Assembly (NCBI RefSeq): GCF_035594765.1
Contig: NW_026943819.1
Location: 1,488,001-1,552,000, forward strand
DNA from: Anolis carolinensis
Taxonomy: Eukaryota
Direction of reading: 5' to 3'
Length of the DNA stretch: 64,000 nt
Shown here: in pieces, positions 57,801 to 64,000 of the stretch
Layout: every line of letters starts with the position of its first letter
Numbering within the stretch: position 1 is the first letter of the stretch
The notes under the pieces: generated by a model
What the model saw: the letters and a program-made list of their open reading frames with translations, nothing else
What the model was told of the DNA's origin: nothing
Databases searched by the model: none
Program-made: the position numbers and the translations under genes

Positions 57801-60800
57801 GTTAACTAGCTTTCTAAGCTAGCACTAAGGAAGGTAAGTAGGTAAAAATAACAAAAATATCTAAATAGCTACATTTTGCCAGGAGAGTGGCAAATGTGTT
57901 CTTAGCTAGAAGGCAAAAGGAGAAAAAATATAACTACTGACCACATGTTCCAGCCTTTTGGGGCAATTCACATTCCAATCTAGATAGTTGCCTCATCCTT
58001 AAAAGGGTTCACATTACTATATCAACAATGTGGGAGTGGATGTAAACAGGAAAGAAGAGAGAAAACAGCAAAGGCCTATCTAGGCATGCATGGAATATAG
58101 AGAGAGGTTTCCCTCAGGCTAACTTGTCCACTACATAACTAATAGATGAAACTTGCGTAGTCCAGGATTTTGATATCCAACACCCACATTCTCTTGATTT
58201 CCAACAACCCCATGTTTTGGACTGTGCCATTGCTAGAGGGAGGGAGGGGGCCATAGCTCCCCAGCTGCTATGCCCACCCTTGGCTTTCGCGGCTCACTGG
58301 ACCAACCCCTGACCTCTTGGTGTCCTCTTGGCAGCTGATCTTCAAAGGAGTGGTGAAGAACAAGGACTCCAAGCCGGAGCCCTACCCAGAGTTCAGGGAG
58401 TGGTTCAAGTACATGATGCCCCCAGACATCGCCCTCAGCAAGGACAACCGGGAGTTCAACATCTCCCTCATTCTCCTCGACGCCGACTTCAGTGACTCCG
58501 GGAAGTACACCTGCCACGTGAAGAACCCCAAGGAGAAGAACGCCATGCACAACGACACCATCACCCTCAAGGTGGTCGTGGAGCGTGAGTAGGCTCTAAG
58601 CAGAGGCCGATGCGCCACAGGTCCCCTGATGCGCATGTGCTTTCCTTGGAGGAAAGCCTTCCTTGCGCAAGGCGGTCCTCTCTCCCTCCTTCTGCAACAA
58701 CCATGGTCCTGCCCTGCTCCTCATACAGTGAGGAGGCGCATGAAGGCAGGGCTTCTCCGCTTGGCCTCTTTCTCACCCCACTCTCCCCCTCCCTCACCAT
58801 CTCTTCCCCTGCAGTGGAGAAAGTGGACAAGACCCTCACCATCATCATCGTCTCCGTTGTGGGCGGCGTCATCGGCCTCCTCATCCTCATCATGGTGGTG
58901 AAGAAGCTCACCCTCTTCATCCTCAAGAAGATGCGGGACAAGAAGTGAGTGTGCCTCTGAAAAGGCAGGTGTGTCCTCACCCTCCTACAGTCCCCCTCCC
59001 CACAAGAGCAGACCCCTCCCCCCTTTTGTTCCTCTGCCCTTCTTCCCTCTCTCTGTCTGCCTTTATCCTCCCAAACCTGTGGTCTGTAGACCACCAGTAG
59101 TACACAAGAACTAAAATATGCTTCGCGGCCTCACTGTTATTACTACAGTTACTATTACTTTATTGGTGTCTTTGCTTTTTGGACTGTTCCCGAGGTTATT
59201 TGAGGTGCTGATTCAGAAAATTGCATTGGATAGACCACATCACCTCTAGATGATTAAATATAGTTTTCTGTGGGTGAGGAGGTAGCGACTACTGGATGGC
59301 ATATGTTCTGTATCAGAAACTAGAGCTGATGTGGTCTTTCCAATGCAGTTTTCTGAATCATAGAATCATAGAATAGTAGAGTTGGGAGAGACCTCATGGG
59401 CCATCCAGTCCAACCCCCCGCTAAGAAGCAGGAAATCACATTCAAAGCACCCCCGACAGATGGCCATCCAGCCTCTGCTTAAAAGCCTCCAAAGAAGGAG
59501 CCTCCACCACAGTCTGGGGCAGAGAGTTCCACTGCTGAACAGCTCTCACAGTGAGGAAGTTCTTCCTGATGTTCAGGCGGAATCTCCTTCCTTTCCTGTA
59601 GTTTGAAGCCCTTGTTCCCTTGCGTCCTAGTCTGCAGGGCATCAGAAAACAAGCTTGCTCCCTCCTCCCTATCACTTCCCTTCACGTATTTGTACATGGC
59701 TCTCATGTCTCCTCTCAGCCTTCTCTTCTGCAGGCTAAACATGTCCAGTTCTTTAAGCCGCTCCTCGTAGGGCTTGTTCTCCAGACCTTTGATCATTTTA
59801 GTTGCCCTGCTCTGGACGCTTTCCAGCTTGTCAACATCTCCCTTCAATTGCAGTGCCCAGAATTGGAATCAGCACCTCAAGTAACCAAACGAAATCTAAA
59901 GTTGACCAAAAACTGATTTGTAACCCTTTTGGTACTAATGTTGGAGAGTGGTCCCTGGTCAAAGTGGTTCCCGGTCAAAGTTGACCCTAGTCTGGTGGTT
60001 CCCGGTCAAGGTGGTCCCCAGTCAAAGTGGTCCCTGGTCAAAGTGGAACCTATGGAGACCAAAATCCACTGCTTGTGGTAATATGAAAATAACCAAATAA
60101 ACTCAATGTATATATTACAATAACATATATCCAAAAAACAGGACTGTTCCCATGGCATAGAAGTAGAAACCAGCGGTTCTTCTCTTGAAGTATAAGGCCA
60201 AGTTTTTCATGTGAGTTCTTTTCATGTCCTCTTCTTTATTACATATGAGTAGACTCCAGTTCTCATATAACTTGATTCAAACCTGCAACCGGTTTCGACT
60301 CACAGGAGTCTTTGTCAGGCGGTTGGGTCTACAAATAATACATATCATAAATATATACATGCAATTAAATAATTTGTACAGAAAGTTTACGAAAAAGTTT
60401 ACAAAAAAGTATATTCAGGCACTTTACTTACTTCAATAATCAACAAAGGTTCAACTTTTGAGGTGAGAAATTCACCATCAGTTTTCTGAATAGGTGGATC
60501 CCGTGAGTCGAAACCGGTTGCAGGTTTGAGTCAAGTTATGTGAGAACTGGAGTCTACTCATATGTAATAAAGAACAGGACATTTATTCACATGAAAAACT
60601 TGGCCTTATACTTCGAGAGAAGAACTGCTGGTTTCTACTTCTATGTGATTGGAACAGTCCTGTTTTTTGGATATATGTTATTGTAATATATACATTGAGT
60701 TTATTTGGTTATTTTCATATTACCACAAGCAGTGGATTTTGGTCTCCACAGTTTAAGGGGAACCCATTGTTCTTTTAGGTATCACTCAAAGTGGAACCTA

Positions 60801-60995
60801 GTCAGGTGTCTCCGGTCAAGGTGGTCCCCGGTCAAAGTGGTTCCCGGTCAAGAAAAGGTTGGGAGCCATTGTCCTGCCAACCCCTTCCTTCTCTCTCCGT
60901 GCAGGGAGTGCCTGGTGAGCTCCTCGGCCAACGACAACACGGAGAACGGTCTGGCCGGATCCAAAGGGGAACAGAAGACTCCCAGCAAGGCCTGA
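51766..60995 (+). CDS. SCN4B: Voltage-gated sodium channel beta-4 subunit, 5 coding exons, about 223 aa
   Basis: Exons 51766-51805, 56226-56386, 58335-58584, 58815-58944, 60905-60995. Motifs LEVSVGK..NGTDVLLPCTFTSC, DSGKYTCHVKNPKE, TM, KKLTLFILKKMRDKK and KECLVSSSANDNTENGL. The exon 2 donor (GAG|GTCCGT) was chosen by reading phase. Confidence 0.94.
52305..54200. repeat. 118-bp tandem array, about 15 apparently identical copies plus a diverged first unit, SCN4B intron 1
   Basis: GCACGGGTCACTATGC recurs every 118 nt from 52531 to 54183; identical 93-aa ORFs recur at 118-nt spacing. Confidence 0.97.
57576..58182 (-). mobile_element. Solo LTR, family Y
   Basis: TGTTGG...CCAACA ends, 5-bp TSD CCCAC; reverse-complement homology to 62919-63437. 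Confidence 0.8.
59358..59870 (-). mobile_element. CR1 LINE 3' fragment; smaller CR1 pieces at 8190-8350 and 32437-32635
   Basis: Peptide DVDKLESVQSRATKMIKGLE..YEERLKEL; octamer tail. Confidence 0.85.
60053..60785. mobile_element. Penelope-like inverted-repeat element; related element at 56691-57048
   Basis: About 255-bp inverted arms; 15-bp TSD TCAAAGTGGAACCTA (14-bp TSD AAAGTCAGATCTCT for the other); degenerate hammerhead motif. Confidence 0.65.
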
Positions 60996-62918
60996 GGCCC
61001 CAGACGCGTGTGGCTCCGACCGAGGTCCACCCGTCACCGCAGGAAGCGTTAGGGACCTTGAGACTCTGGGCGGAGGTGCGAAGGGACACGGGGGCCGCCT
61101 CCAAAGGACTGTCTGGCGTGGCTCCGGAAGGGACCCTGGACTGGAGCACCGTACCCGGCGCTGCTTCTCAGATAAGACTGTTGGCACGGGGCTTGCGGCC
61201 ATTCGGCGGCAGAGCCGGAGGGGGCTGTGGGTGGGTGGGCATGCGCTCAGGGGGGTCTTGGGCCGGGTTGGAGCCGGGGGCAGGCACGGCAGGGAAGGGG
61301 TACCAAAACAGGGGGGCAGGTGGGCCGGCGGGGTCTCACTCAGTATGGGGCAGCAGCACCCTCTTCCCTGCCAACCTGCGCAGCCAAAGGCCTCTCCTCC
61401 TCCTCCTCACCAAGGATGTCTATGGGATGGCGGAGGAGAGGCCGATGGGACGGAGGAAGGAAGGGAGCCCACGGTCCTGCTCCTGGGCTCCAGAATTTGG
61501 CTGCAAGGGCCAAGCACAGCCCCCACCCCCACCCCAGCACCATCCCCTTGCCCAGGTGGAGGGTCCTGGGGTGGGACTTCTCTTCTTCTCCTTAGACGCA
61601 TGAGGGCTAATTATATTTTTAATATATATATATATATATATATATCTCTTTTAATATATAAATATATAGGCAAGCCTTTTCAGCACCTCCAATCTGTCCG
61701 GGGCCCTTTTGTGGCCCTTACCCTTGGCAGGGGTGATGTGCCCCCCCCCACCCCAGAAATGCAGAGGCAGAGCTTGATTCTTTAACTCTCAGCAATCCAT
61801 TTCCCGCACCCTTTTCCATGAACGCTGGCTGAGACGCTCCTGCCAATGCCACTGCTTGTGGGGTGCAGCAGGAGGGGCCGCCCGGCACCCCACACTCCCC
61901 ATGGGGCAGAGGCCTGCCTTCCTTGCCCTGCCCTGGCTTTAGAAGAGCCCCGTCCTTCCTCTGTGCCTCAGTTTCCCCGGCTGCACGCGGGGAGAACCAT
62001 TCTGACATACCTCAAGGGAGGGAGGGAGCGAGGAGGCTCAGTGCTTGACCCTTGCTGTGGAGACCACTACCTTTGGTGGTAGTGGGCAGGGCAGCACCGC
62101 TCCTCCCTCCCTTGCTCTCCGGTGAGCAGCATCAGGGATGGTCAAGCTCCAGGCTGCTCCCAGCTTCGACCAGGAGGAGATCCAGGCCACCTGCTCCGCG
62201 CATGCTCTTTCTCTCCCCCCCCCGGACCCCCGGTCCCCACACTGCTGCATGGATGTGTGGACAGCAATAACAGCACAAGCGCCGGCCAGGGCTTTGCGGA
62301 ACAGGCGGCCGGCGCGTCAGGCGTATTTATCTAGCTTCCTCAGGTCAACCAATTCTCTTCAGTCCAAAGACAAGACCCCCTCCCCATTGTGCCCGGCAAG
62401 ACTCCTTCCTCGGAGCCAGGGAGGGGTGCAACGGGCAGCATTTGGCAATAACTGAAGAAGGGACAGGGTCCCCTCTTGGCCTCCAGCCTCAGAGAGTCCC
62501 AGGGCATTTGGGTGGGGGTCTCCCACCCCAAAGGCAAGGTGGGCCTGGGCCACGAGCCAACGCCAGGTCTTCTGCACTTTTTCCTGCACCTATGGCAGAA
62601 AGGACTTTTGGGTGGGGGTCTCTCTCCCACCCTTGGTGGGCACAATGGGTGTGGGGAGGGGGCCTGCATGTGCGCACACAGGGCAGCGAGCCAGAACAGA
62701 GGCTGGATACACCTGGGAGACCTCTCTCTTTTGCACTCTTGAGCTGTAGTTGGCTTTGTTCTTTGGATGAAATAAACAAGATTTATGTTTAATACCAAGA
62801 CTTTTCCAGACTGTTTTCCTTTCTGATCCATGGGGATAGGAGCTCCCGGTGGCCTAGTGGGCTAACCCCTTGTGACGTGAAGGTTGGGTTGCTGACCTGA
62901 AGGCTGCCAGGTTCGAAT

Positions 62919-63437
62919 TGTTGGGAATCACCCTGGACTACTCAAGTCTAAATGTAGTCAGATAGATGATAAAGTTAGATTGAGGGAATCCTTTTCCCGT
63001 TTCCAAAGTATGCCTAGATAGGATTCACCATTGTTTCCTGCTTCCCGTCCTATTTGACGTTGCTAGAAATGTGATCTCTCCTAGGGCTTTGACGTAACTT
63101 CCCCAGTTTGGCCTTTGGAATGTTTATGGCCCTAGAGAAGAAGCGACCCACGAGGCTTGGTCGGTCGCCATTCAAGCTTCCTGCTTTGTTCCAGAGAGGA
63201 CGCACTAGTTAGCTCCAAACCTTTTCTATCCATCAATGGATTTCTTTTTACCTCAATAAATGCTTTTAAACTTTAAAGCTAACTTTGCATCCCTTTGCCT
63301 TCCTGAAGACACAGAGGCCTTCCAGAACTCACACCGCGTAAGTCTCACCGCTGTTGCAATTTTTACTCTGCTCTTTTAATGGGAATTTACCTCATAAAGA
63401 GGGTGATTAGAGCTTAACGGCTCGCCCATTCCCAACA
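62919..63437 (+). mobile_element. Solo LTR, family Y, inserted in a SINE (about 62840-63630)
   Basis: 10-bp terminal inverted ends TGTTGGGAAT/ATTCCCAACA, TSD (C/T)GAAT, internal AATAAA; the SINE continues on both sides. Confidence 0.8.
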
Positions 63438-64000
63438 TGAATTCCAGCTGGGGAGAGCACGGATGAGCTCCCTCTATCAGCTCCAGCTCCATGCGGAGAC
63501 ATGAGAGAAGCCTCCCACAAGGATGGTAAAAACATCAAAACATCCGAGCATTCCCTGGGCAACGTCCTTGCAGACGGCCAATTCTGTCATTCCAGAAGTG
63601 ACTTAGGTTGCTCCTGACATGTAAAAAAATTCATGGGGATGTCTGCATGGATCCAGAGCAGAGGCCTGTCAGAACTGGGCAGCTGGTCCTCTCTCTGGCC
63701 CGAATTGGCCCGAGGCACACTTCCCAGGGGGTCCCGAGGGTCCCAAGAGGGAGACGGGCCTCGAGACACCCTAGAAGCCCAGGCGAGGCTGTCCCGCTTT
63801 GACCATATCCTGAGGAGAGATGCCTGGCAAGGTCGAAGGCGGGAGGAAAGGAGGGAGACTGCATTGCAGGTGGATCGTGTCAATCAGGGGAAGCCACCGA
63901 TGCCCTGAGTCTGCAAAACCTGAGCCGGGCTGCAGAGGACACGCAGCGTGACCTGGAGGCCTCTCCATGGGGCCAACGGAAGCAGAATTTGAGTTGAGAA

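Overview
Vertebrate (eukaryotic, intron-containing) DNA from a squamate reptile, most likely an anole-type lizard: Sauria SINE, R4/Dong, Penelope, BovB, CR1, L2 and Vingi remnants plus dense (AAT)n tracts. I spliced six genes by hand from GT-AG sites and reading frame. They match the human 11q23.3 Ig-superfamily cluster: CD3 gamma/delta (+), CD3E (-), MPZL2 (+), MPZL3 (+), SCN2B (+), SCN4B (+). Most ORF-track entries are spurious (microsatellites, repeats, antisense frames). The most notable signal is an apparently remodelled T-cell receptor signalling module. (1) The CD3 gamma/delta transmembrane helix has Ser where Asp/Glu is otherwise conserved. (2) The CD3E Ig domain is very compact, with its core Trp and Tyr both replaced by Cys (candidate second disulfide). 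(3) JAML, a gamma-delta T-cell costimulator normally between MPZL3 and SCN2B, is missing from a gap-free 1.6-kb interval. A RUNX-ETS enhancer-like element lies between the convergent CD3 genes. Other observations: Penelope-borne minimal hammerhead ribozyme motifs of two families, R4 LINEs tied to (TAA)n with a recurrent internal duplication, five solo LTRs with TSDs, nested transposons, and a near-perfect 118-bp tandem array in SCN4B intron 1. Three N gaps are present, one hiding the start of MPZL2 exon 3. All calls are by eye; no database search was run.
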